The notes beneath the pieces were generated by a model. That model saw nothing but the letters and a program-made list of their open reading frames with translations, searched no databases and was not told the origin of the DNA. A DNA stretch of 11,901 nt. It comes from Pyrobaculum sp. GTDB taxonomy: Archaea > Thermoproteota > Thermoprotei > Thermoproteales > Thermoproteaceae. The number at the start of each line of letters is the position of its first letter. Position 1 is the first letter of the stretch. Below are positions 1-7,370 of the stretch, one piece after another. The stretch spans positions 1-11,901 of the forward strand of contig JBKBOT010000038.1 of the NCBI GenBank assembly GCA_046293555.1. The letters run 5' to 3'. Position numbers and translations under genes: made by a program.

Positions 1-142
1 CAAGGACGTACATATTTGGCTTTATATATCTGTCGAGCACCTCTCCAATCTTTCTATAGAGGATTCTATAATACTCAACGCCGAGATATCTGTCGTGATA
101 TCTAGGGGCAATGGCGTCGTAATACCTGGCGACAAGAAGCAC
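1..142 (-). CDS. 5' part of a probable class I SAM-dependent methyltransferase (runs off the window edge)
   Basis: Not in the ORF track. GTG at 142, 5 nt after the PINA stop, gives an open frame (M)LLVARYYDAIAPRYHDRYLGVEYYRILYRKIGEVLDRYIKPNMYVL. The 'YDxxAxxY ... VL(D)' pattern is the typical N-terminus preceding motif I; motif I itself lies outside the window. Confidence 0.65.
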   Translation of the reverse strand, partial: MLLVARYYDAIAPRYHDRYLGVEYYRILYRKIGEVLDRYIKPNMYVL

Positions 143-147
143 GGCGG

Positions 148-1701
148 TTACCGCGGCTCAATCCTGAACTCCACCGAAAGTTTTCTCTTTAGCTTCTCCA
201 ACTTCGTGACCCCTCTGGATAGCACCACGCCGAGGTACTCCTCGGGCACTTTTATCACAATTACGCCGTCTCTCTCCTCCAGCCTTATCTCGCCAGGGGG
301 GACGTAACGTTTTAACGCAGATACAACCATGGAGTAGGTCTTCCTCCCCACAGCTCTCTCCTCGCGTTTTATAGGCACGACAAAGGTCTCCTCGCCGAAG
401 ACGTAGATCTCGTACTCCACCTCCCCCGTGAGGAAGTCTTTCACCAAAATTACAGGTCTGGCGAGATCCTCCTCCCTCATGCCTGCAGGCACTTTAACCA
501 CCATAGAGAGGGCGTAGATCTTCTTCACCTCGCCGTCTTTCATAAATATCACCGTGTCTATAATCGAGGGGATCATGCCCAACTCCACCCTCCTTATAAA
601 ACGCTGTATGGCATCTATAGGCGATGTGGCGTGTACCACCCCAGCCATCCCCACGCCAGCTAGCCTCAAGTCGACATATAGCTGAAAGTCGGCAGTGTCA
701 CGCATCTCGTCAAAAATGGTGTAATCCGGCCTAGAGAGGAGGAGGAGGTCGTGAATCTCCTCGGAGGTTGCCAGGTTTTTAGAAAGCTGCGTGATTGGGG
801 GGCTTAGCGACATGTCTCTAGGAGACTCTATAGTCTTTACGATCTTACCCCTGCCCAGATAAAACTCCGCCAGCGCCTGGGCGAAAGTGGTCTTGCCGGC
901 GCCAGGCGACCCGGCGATTAGCACCCCCTCGGCGCTTTTCTCAAGCCGTTCTAACACCCTGGGGTCCAGCCCGTAGTCCTCAATTCTCTTCTTCACAATT
1001 GGCCTCGTGGCAGTGATCTCCAGCCGTTCAGATACAGGCGGGAAGATCACCACCACTCTATACTCCCTGTGTTGTATAATTAGGGAGTGGGGCCTCCTCA
1101 CCTCAATCTTAGTCCTAGACCCCAGCCGGGAGGCCTCAGCCACAAGCTCTCTCACAATGACGTCTAGCTGCCCCCTGGTTAGCACGTCGGAAGAGAGCTG
1201 GACGAACTTCCAGCTGCCGGGTTTCCCCACCTTCCCAAAGGGGGGCAGCCCCTCCTTTAGGTGTACAGACATGACGTCTCTATCAAAAAACTTCTCTATG
1301 GCAAACACGTCTCTGGGCTTTTCTAGATATAACACCTCAACTCCCTGCACGACGGCGGCGTCTCTGGCGAGCCGGTCGCTAGTAATATAGACACAGCCGT
1401 TCTCTCTGGCAAACCTCCTGGCGTAGAGGTCTAACTCCCCCGCCTCAACCCTCCTTCCTGTAGACACCACCTCTATTTTCATGAAGTCCGACAGGCCTAG
1501 CTTATCCACAGTCTCGTATATCTCTTTTACCTCCTCCATACCCACTAGCCCCACCCCGTCGCCCTGTTTAGCCAAAGTGGCGAAATGCTCCACTAGTTCC
1601 GACAGGAGGAATAACGTCCCCCGGATCTTCCCCGAGACAATAGCCTCTTTCAACGTCCCGTCTAAAATCGTCGAGCTGTCTGCAACATATTTATCCACCA
1701 T
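148..1701 (-). CDS. PINc/VapC-family ATPase (PIN domain + PilT/VirB11-like ATPase + KH-like C-terminus; PINA-type)
   Basis: PIN N-terminus MVDKYVADSSTIL and ITSDRL; Walker A GSPGAGKTT; TIESPRD; Walker B TIFDEMR; GVVHAT. Start re-assigned to ATG 1701 because the ORF-track start (1833) overlaps the divergent gene and its promoter. Confidence 0.9.
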   Translation of the reverse strand: MVDKYVADSSTILDGTLKEAIVSGKIRGTLFLLSELVEHFATLAKQGDGVGLVGMEEVKEIYETVDKLGLSDFMKIEVVSTGRRVEAGELDLYARRFARENGCVYITSDRLARDAAVVQGVEVLYLEKPRDVFAIEKFFDRDVMSVHLKEGLPPFGKVGKPGSWKFVQLSSDVLTRGQLDVIVRELVAEASRLGSRTKIEVRRPHSLIIQHREYRVVVIFPPVSERLEITATRPIVKKRIEDYGLDPRVLERLEKSAEGVLIAGSPGAGKTTFAQALAEFYLGRGKIVKTIESPRDMSLSPPITQLSKNLATSEEIHDLLLLSRPDYTIFDEMRDTADFQLYVDLRLAGVGMAGVVHATSPIDAIQRFIRRVELGMIPSIIDTVIFMKDGEVKKIYALSMVVKVPAGMREEDLARPVILVKDFLTGEVEYEIYVFGEETFVVPIKREERAVGRKTYSMVVSALKRYVPPGEIRLEERDGVIVIKVPEEYLGVVLSRGVTKLEKLKRKLSVEFRIEPR

Positions 1702-1718
1702 CTCGCATAATGGCCAAG

Positions 1719-1735
1719 ATATAAAACTTTTAAAT
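1719..1735. promoter_or_regulatory. Divergent TATA-box promoter region for the PINA and THUMP methyltransferase genes
   Basis: ATATAAAACTTTTAAAT in a 45-bp intergenic gap, about 20-30 nt from both start codons (1701 on -, 1747 on +). Confidence 0.6.
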
Positions 1736-1746
1736 TCAACACCCCC

Positions 1747-2757
1747 GTGAGGTATCTGGTCACCACAGTGCCCGGCCTCGAGGATTTTGTCGTAGAGGAG
1801 CTGGCGGAGCGTCTCCCCCTCAGATACGCCCACGCCCGCCAGATGTCCGGCAGGGTAACCGCCGAGGTGGAGGCCGAGGCGGCGGCTCTGACGGCCTTAA
1901 GGACCGCGGAACGTTTCGGCATATATCTGGGGGGCGGCCGCGCGGGGGGGTTAGGAGAGGTTGTGGCCATAGCTGAGACATATCTCCCAGAGGCGGCTAG
2001 ATACATGACGAGAAACACCACGGTGGGGATCCGCACAGAGCGCGTGGGGACACACCCATTTACCTCAAAAGACGTGGAGAGAGAGGTGGGGAGGTGGCTC
2101 AAGGCGAGAGGCTATGTGATAAACCTCGCGGACCCCGACGTGGAGATAAATGTAGACGTGATCGAGGAGTGGACGGAGGTGTGGATTACCGTAGAGAAGA
2201 GAAGCTTAAAACGGAGGCCCTGGCGGATTTACGAACATTACGCCAGTTTGAACCCCATAATTGCACACGCCATGGCCAGACTGGCGAGGCTGAGGCCAGG
2301 CGAGGTGATATGCGACTTGACTTGCGGCGGGGGCACAATAGTGGTTGAAGCCGCCGAGCTTCAGCCACATGCCAGATATCTCTGTGTGGATATCTCTCTC
2401 CGCCATGTGAAGGGGGCTGCAAGAAACGCGGCGGCATATCCACAGGTAGATGTGCTATGGTTTGACTCCACGAAACTTCATAAAGCCGTACGGCCTATCT
2501 GCGTCAAATATATATTTAACCCCCCCTACGGCTTCAGGCTGCGGGGAAGGATAGACACGTTATATAGGCTATTAGGCAAAGCCATGAGGCACATGGCACG
2601 AGGCTGCGCCACCTATGTGGCCATCACGCCGCGATACAGGACTTTTCTAAGCCAGGTGGGAGGCGAGGTGATATTTAAAAGAGTGATATACCAAGGCGGG
2701 CTCTACAGCCATATCATCATGGGGGAGATATGTCGACAACGCCCAGATCTTGACTAA
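1747..2757 (+). CDS. THUMP-domain RNA methyltransferase (Trm14-like, probable tRNA m2G methyltransferase)
   Basis: N-terminal TTVPGLED; THUMP motif RVGTHPFTSKDVEREVG...INLADPDVEI; SLKRRPWR; ASLNPIIAHAM; SAM motif DLTCGGGTIVVE; motif IV NPPYG. Confidence 0.85.
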   Translation: MRYLVTTVPGLEDFVVEELAERLPLRYAHARQMSGRVTAEVEAEAAALTALRTAERFGIYLGGGRAGGLGEVVAIAETYLPEAARYMTRNTTVGIRTERVGTHPFTSKDVEREVGRWLKARGYVINLADPDVEINVDVIEEWTEVWITVEKRSLKRRPWRIYEHYASLNPIIAHAMARLARLRPGEVICDLTCGGGTIVVEAAELQPHARYLCVDISLRHVKGAARNAAAYPQVDVLWFDSTKLHKAVRPICVKYIFNPPYGFRLRGRIDTLYRLLGKAMRHMARGCATYVAITPRYRTFLSQVGGEVIFKRVIYQGGLYSHIIMGEICRQRPDLD

Positions 2758-2810
2758 AGACATGCCCCTGTGTGAGTCACATATGGGGAGCGGGCCGAGA
2801 GTGGTAACTG

Positions 2811-3341
2811 CTAGCACTCCCCCCTAAGCCCCTTGGGGGGCGTTACCCCCCTCTGTCTCTGGTAGGCCCCGGCGTAGGCCGCCCTGCCGGCTGTTTTTGC
2901 CAACACCAGGTGGAGAAACCGCATGCCCCTTCTCAGCACTATGGTGTTTGGCGAGGCGTTTACCACCTCGATTGTTATATTGCCCTCAAACCCCGCGTCG
3001 ACGACGGTGGGGGGTATTATCAAGCCGTACCTCGCCAGGGTGGACCGCAGGTTTGCAAAGCCGGCGACGTCTTCCGGCATCTTTATGTACTCCTCTGTTG
3101 TCAGCAGGACGAAATTCCTAGGCGGTATCACCACCTCCTCTGCCTTCACCACGCGGAATAGGTGCCTCGCCTCCTCCAGCTCGCAGGGTCTCACCACGGC
3201 GTTTTCGTACGCATATATTGCGTACTCCCCGCCAACCCTAAGGTCAAGGCCGTTCTCCCTCACCGTGTCTTCCCACAGCGGGTCTACTGCCAGCCTGCCC
3301 TGGGAGATCAGTCTTTTTAGCTCGTCGTTTGCCAATATCAC
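2811..3341 (-). CDS. dcd: dCTP deaminase
   Basis: MILANDEL start; ENGLDLRVG; TTEEYIKMP; RSTLARYGL; VDAGFEGNITIEVVN; YAGAYQRQRG. Confidence 0.93.
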   Translation of the reverse strand: MILANDELKRLISQGRLAVDPLWEDTVRENGLDLRVGGEYAIYAYENAVVRPCELEEARHLFRVVKAEEVVIPPRNFVLLTTEEYIKMPEDVAGFANLRSTLARYGLIIPPTVVDAGFEGNITIEVVNASPNTIVLRRGMRFLHLVLAKTAGRAAYAGAYQRQRGVTPPKGLRGEC

Positions 3342-3420
3342 GTGGGTAGATATAGAGACAAAAAAAAGCTATGCCACAAGTAAACATTATACTTATATAT
3401 TTTCCCCCAAGCTATGGCTA

Positions 3421-3957
3421 ATGGACTTAACCCAGCTGTGGGCCTACATTGGCAAGTTCTTAACACACCCCGTGGCCTTCTCTTGGCTCTTGCTGATGGC
3501 TATCGCCCTAGGCCTCGCCCTCCTGGCCTCCATGCCGCCTAGGAGGCCCCTCGGTGGGTGGCTAGGCGATTTTTTCATCAAGTGGGGGCTCGCCGGCATT
3601 TTTGTGTGGTTTGTTATCAACGGCTTTTGGGCCCTACGGGAGCTTCTAAACATGAGGCTTATAATTCCCTTCACCCCCATAGAGAGCTATCTGGAGTACG
3701 CCACGGTGTGGAGCGCCGTGCTTACCGGCGTGGCTACCTTCATATTTTTCGGCTCGGCCCTATTGCTCCGCGCCATATTTTCACGCGAGGAGTTACCCAA
3801 GGGCGTGATTTACTACAGGCAGGAGGTGTTTATAGCGGATGCCAACGCCGTGTTGCAAACAGCCAGCCAGACAGCCGCCGGGAAGGAGCCGGCAGAGGAG
3901 GGGAGAGGGGAGGCCAAAGCGCCCGTGGTGGTTATAGACAACAGGAAGAGGGGCTAG
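3421..3957 (+). CDS. Hypothetical membrane protein (about 3 TM segments, charged low-complexity C-tail)
   Basis: ATG 3421 follows TTATATA (~3393-3399). Hydrophobic runs FSWLLLMAIALGLALLA, WGLAGIFVWFVI and AVLTGVATFIFFGSALLL. The ORF-track extension to 2923 is the antisense of dcd. Confidence 0.75.
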   Translation: MDLTQLWAYIGKFLTHPVAFSWLLLMAIALGLALLASMPPRRPLGGWLGDFFIKWGLAGIFVWFVINGFWALRELLNMRLIIPFTPIESYLEYATVWSAVLTGVATFIFFGSALLLRAIFSREELPKGVIYYRQEVFIADANAVLQTASQTAAGKEPAEEGRGEAKAPVVVIDNRKRG

Positions 3958-4226
3958 CCGGGGTGTATGTAGGCCAGTATGAGCACCACGTCGTCTTTTT
4001 TTACTGGCGTCAAAAGACCTGACAACAGCCGGATGTCCACGTCGTTTACAGCTATGTATATATCCGCCCTAGGCCTCCCGCCGGGGCCTACCACCCTTTG
4101 GTAAAGCTTCTGCGATATTGACGCCAGGCCTTTTATCACATCTCCCACGGTCGCCCCGTCTACCTCCAGCTCAGTTCTCCCCCCAGCTAGGGCCACCAGA
4201 ACTCCTGCAAGCCTGACTTTCGCCAT
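3954..4226 (-). CDS. MoaD/ThiS/Urm1-family ubiquitin-like (beta-grasp) protein with atypical C-terminus
   Basis: 90 aa from ATG 4226: VRLAG..., ELEVDGATVGDVI, IYIAVNDVDIRLLSGLLTPVKKDDVVLIL are classic Ubl/CysO-like motifs. It ends YIHPG. Confidence 0.85.
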   Translation of the reverse strand: MAKVRLAGVLVALAGGRTELEVDGATVGDVIKGLASISQKLYQRVVGPGGRPRADIYIAVNDVDIRLLSGLLTPVKKDDVVLILAYIHPG

Positions 4227-4251
4227 ATATATAGAGATGTCTTTTGTATAC

Positions 4252-4695
4252 ATGTTTTGTAGCCACTACGGCCCAGCGGCCTTGGGGTGGGACGGCGTTA
4301 GGATCTGGATAAACCCACGGCGTTGTCTAAAGTGGGTAGGGCTAGCCACATTAGTGGCCGAGGTGCCTATAGGGAAAGCCGACTGGCGGCTTAGATATCT
4401 GCTCAGCGTCCCGAGAGGCTACGTGACTACCTACAAGCTGTACGCAGAGGCGTTAGGCACAAGCCCCCGCCACGTGGGGCGGCTCATGGCCTCAAACCCC
4501 CTGCCCGTAGTGCTGCCATGCCACCGGGTGGTTAGGACTGACCTCAAGCTGGGGGGCTATGTGGCTGGCGTAGAGATCAAGCGGGCTCTCCTAGCTTTTG
4601 AGGGGGCCCTATGCGGCGGGAGGCCGTGTGGAGTGGCCACGCCCAGAGACCCCGGCGACTTGAGGAAGGCGTTGGCGAGAAGTTTGGGCATATAA
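4252..4695 (+). CDS. ogt: Methylated-DNA--protein-cysteine methyltransferase (O6-alkylguanine alkyltransferase)
   Basis: VPRGYVTTY, SPRHVG, active site NPLPVVLPCHRVV, LGGY, KRALLAFEG. Start is ATG 4252 or 4237; 4252 fits the TATA spacing better. Confidence 0.9.
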   Translation: MFCSHYGPAALGWDGVRIWINPRRCLKWVGLATLVAEVPIGKADWRLRYLLSVPRGYVTTYKLYAEALGTSPRHVGRLMASNPLPVVLPCHRVVRTDLKLGGYVAGVEIKRALLAFEGALCGGRPCGVATPRDPGDLRKALARSLGI

Positions 4696-4716
4696 ATACC
4701 TAACGTGTTCTCTACA

Positions 4717-4938
4717 ATGCCTGTAAGAGTTAAGATAGATAGGGAGAGGTGCGTGGTGGCGCACTTCTGCCTATTCTACGCCCCCACGGTCTTTATACCC
4801 GGCGATGGGGGCAAGCCGGCGATTTCGCATGAGTACGCAGACGGGGGGGAGGGGGTGGTGCCAGACGAGCTTTATGAACAGGTGAAAGAAGCCGAGAGGC
4901 ACTGCCCGTCGAGAGCCATTAGGGTGTATAAAGTATGA
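4717..4938 (+). CDS. Monocluster ferredoxin, probably [3Fe-4S]
   Basis: VKIDRERCVVAHFC..APTVF and CPSRAI (C-x2-A-x2-C...CP). ATG 4717 lies ~22 nt after TATAAATA (4691-4698). Confidence 0.85.
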   Translation: MPVRVKIDRERCVVAHFCLFYAPTVFIPGDGGKPAISHEYADGGEGVVPDELYEQVKEAERHCPSRAIRVYKV

Positions 4939-5603
4939 GCTACAAGGCCGTAATTTTAGACATAGACGGCGTGGCCACGCCGTTTAAATCGGCGTGGCAG
5001 AGACTACACGCCGTGTTGGGCATAGACGCGGAGTTAAACAAGAGGCTGTATAAAGTGGGGCTTATCGACTACTACGAGTGGGCGCTTTACGACGTCTTGT
5101 TGTGGCACGGCGCCCCGCGGCGTGTGGTAGAGGCTTACTTCCGCCCCACCGCCGGCTTCGACGCGTTGTGTAAAACCCTTAGGGAGGCGCCGGTTTACGC
5201 CATTGCGCTCTCTGCGGGAGTTGGCTACACCAGGAGGCTGTCGCACTGTTTCCACTTCTATGTGGTAAATGACCTCATATATAGAGGGGGCGTCGTGGCG
5301 TCTGTAGCCGTCACTACAAGCGACAAGAATAAAGACGCCGTTGCCGACGCCGTTCTTGACCTATTGGGCGTGAGGTGGGGGGAGACCATCGCCGTTGGGG
5401 ACGGGGAGGCAGATCTCCCCATATTGAAGAGGGCGGGGTACTCCATTGCCTTTAACCCCGTGGGCGAGGAGGTGGCTAGGGCGGCGAAAGCCGTGATAAG
5501 AGCCGAGACGTTACACCCCCTGGTCAAGTATTTAAAGGCGCTCCTCTACCCACAGGTGATGACCACACCGATGTTGAGAAGTGATAACGCCGTCCCAGAC
5601 TGA
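4935..5603 (+). CDS. HAD-superfamily phosphatase, phosphoserine phosphatase-like (IB)
   Basis: Motif I ILDIDG, motif II LSAG, motif III K, motif IV VGDGEAD, then AGYSIAFNP. 4-nt overlap with the ferredoxin ORF end per the ORF track (4935-4938). Confidence 0.85.
   Translation: MSYKAVILDIDGVATPFKSAWQRLHAVLGIDAELNKRLYKVGLIDYYEWALYDVLLWHGAPRRVVEAYFRPTAGFDALCKTLREAPVYAIALSAGVGYTRRLSHCFHFYVVNDLIYRGGVVASVAVTTSDKNKDAVADAVLDLLGVRWGETIAVGDGEADLPILKRAGYSIAFNPVGEEVARAAKAVIRAETLHPLVKYLKALLYPQVMTTPMLRSDNAVPD
5556..5603 (+). ncRNA. C/D-box methylation guide sRNA nested in the 3' end of the HAD gene
   Basis: C box GTGATGA 5556-5562; 11-nt guide; D' TTGA 5574-5577; C' GTGATAA 5581-5587; 12-nt guide; D box CTGA 5600-5603. 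TTTAAA at 5531-5536 upstream and a T-run downstream. Confidence 0.8.
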
Positions 5604-5626
5604 AATTTTTAACTCCAGTATATAGT

Positions 5627-6517
5627 GTGGAATTACGTAGAGTAATTAGGGTGGGCGAGCGGTCTTTTGGAGTCACCCTCCCAAAAGAGTGGGTAGAGTT
5701 ACATAAACTCGAGGTTGGCTCTCCCCTCCGCCTTTTTGTAGACAAGGACAAAATCGCCATCTACCCCGCGGCGGGGCCTCCAGGGGGCAGAGTGGTTAAA
5801 CTCAAGGGGGAAGACATGGAGAGACTAATTAGAGACGTCATAGCCTACTACATAGAGGGGGTAGACGAGGTGGAGATAGAGACCAGCCAGGTCTCTATTG
5901 TGAACAAGGTAGAGGGGAAGCTCCCCGGCGTGGTGTTAATAGAGGTGGGGGGAGTGTTGAAACTAAAGATAGTCACTAGGGAGGACATAAATATCGACGA
6001 GGCTGTAAGGAGTATGTACGCCACTGTAGACGCCATGTTTCTCCTGTTTCTACAGATGTTGGCTAGACGCGACAGAGAGCTTGCCGGCGAGATACTACGG
6101 CTAGATGACCAGCTTGACCGGCTATATTTCTTCTCCCTGAGGACTGTAAAGAAAAATATAATCCACAAGGCGGAGCACTACGTCGACTACGTCATCGCCA
6201 TAAAGAACTTGGAGCATGTGGGAGACGCCATAGATAGGGCCACTAACTACTACCTACAGAACGACGTAGAGTGTGTACAAGAGGTGTCAGAAGTCTATAG
6301 AGAGGTGTATGGATACCTCCAAGACGCCTTCAACGCCTTTTATCACAACGATGCGTCAAAAGCGCTAGAGGTGTTAATACGTCGAGGCAAGCTGGAAAGA
6401 AAGGCGCTGGCAGATATCTGCCCACAGGCGGCGGCTTTCGCCCACGAGGCGGCCTCTGTGGTGGGCTTTGTGGCAGACATCGCCGAGGCGGCATACTCAA
6501 AGGCTGTACGTCAATGA
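5627..6517 (+). CDS. phoU: AbrB/SpoVT-PhoU phosphate uptake regulator
   Basis: AbrB-like N-terminus RRVIRVGERSFGVTLPKEWV; IAYYIEG; PhoU motifs DDQLDRLYF and KNLEHVGDAI. Confidence 0.85.
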   Translation: MELRRVIRVGERSFGVTLPKEWVELHKLEVGSPLRLFVDKDKIAIYPAAGPPGGRVVKLKGEDMERLIRDVIAYYIEGVDEVEIETSQVSIVNKVEGKLPGVVLIEVGGVLKLKIVTREDINIDEAVRSMYATVDAMFLLFLQMLARRDRELAGEILRLDDQLDRLYFFSLRTVKKNIIHKAEHYVDYVIAIKNLEHVGDAIDRATNYYLQNDVECVQEVSEVYREVYGYLQDAFNAFYHNDASKALEVLIRRGKLERKALADICPQAAAFAHEAASVVGFVADIAEAAYSKAVRQ

Positions 6518-7206
6518 GGGTAGTTATAGCCATCCCCTTCCACGGCGTCTTTGGGCTTTTCTACACAGTTCTCGCAGTACTCCTCCTCCCCTTCTTCATG
6601 ACCTCTTTTGTAGAGATACTGAAATCCGCCGGCCTTTCTACTATTGCAGCTCTCCTAGTGGGGGGCGCCATATCGCTCCTCAGCCTCGCCACAAGCCCCA
6701 TAAACGTGGTGATATATACCACCAAGAGGAGGATATACACCCCGGTGGTGGACTACGTCGTAGTTTTCGGCATGCCGATACCCATCCCACGTATAGCCAC
6801 GCGGGAGGAGAAATCCCACGTGGCGATAAACGTGGGGGGCGCCCTACTGCCGGCGGCAGTGGCCACATATCTCCTCCCCCACGCCCCCAAGCCCGCGGTT
6901 TTTTTCTCGATAGCTATAGCCTCCACCTTGGTCTGGATGGTGAGCAGAGTGGTGCCCGGCGTGGGGGTAGTGACTCCAGCCGTCATCCCGCCGGTTGTAG
7001 CGGTGCTCGCCGCACTCCCCGCGGGCGGGGGGCCTATAGCTACATACATAACCGCCGTATATGGCACCATCATTGGGGCAGATCTACTAAACCTACGGAA
7101 GGTGCTTAGAGACAAGCCGCCATTTGTCTCAATTGGCGGCGCCGGCGTTTTCGACGGGATTTTTCTCAGCGGCATGTTGGCCGCTACCCTCTCCATGTTG
7201 TTTTGA
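6514..7206 (+). CDS. DUF1614-like membrane protein
   Basis: Multi-TM. Motifs S(P)INV, VAINVGGALLP, GTIIGADLLNL and SIGGAGVFDGIFLSG are recalled as characteristic of this family. ATGA overlap with phoU. Confidence 0.85.
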   Translation: MRVVIAIPFHGVFGLFYTVLAVLLLPFFMTSFVEILKSAGLSTIAALLVGGAISLLSLATSPINVVIYTTKRRIYTPVVDYVVVFGMPIPIPRIATREEKSHVAINVGGALLPAAVATYLLPHAPKPAVFFSIAIASTLVWMVSRVVPGVGVVTPAVIPPVVAVLAALPAGGGPIATYITAVYGTIIGADLLNLRKVLRDKPPFVSIGGAGVFDGIFLSGMLAATLSMLF

Positions 7207-7266
7207 AAAAAGAGGCGGACCTACGGCAATGGCGGAAGGGCGTGGGGCGTGTTGCCGTAGCCGCCC
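7207..7266 (-). ncRNA. Candidate small hairpin RNA (or strong bidirectional stem-loop)
   Basis: GGCGG-ac-CTACGGCAA (7214-7229) pairs with TTGCCGTAG-CCGCC (7252-7265). TTTAAA at 7287-7292 upstream on -, and a U-tract right after the stem on -. Confidence 0.45.
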
Positions 7267-7370
7267 GGGATAAATCTTTTTAGAGCTTTAAATAGATTTC
7301 TATAGAAAAATATATAGGGGACATTTGTATATCTATAACTAAAAATCTTTATATTTTAGCTAGTTTACAC

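Noticed and set aside
1702-1833. 44-aa N-terminal extension of the PIN ATPase
   Set aside because: Overlaps the divergent gene; the PIN domain begins at ATG 1701.
2765-2788. Hairpin CCCC-TGTGTG-agt-CACATA-TGGGG between convergent genes
   Set aside because: Short and imperfect, with no boxes or promoter; at most a 3'-end structure.
2923-3420. N-terminal extension giving a 344-aa ORF
   Set aside because: Antisense shadow of dcd, running through the intergenic TATA region.
7207-7266. Split-tRNA fragment or attachment site
   Set aside because: No T-loop, D-loop or acceptor strand, and no integrase or foreign genes between it and the tRNA.
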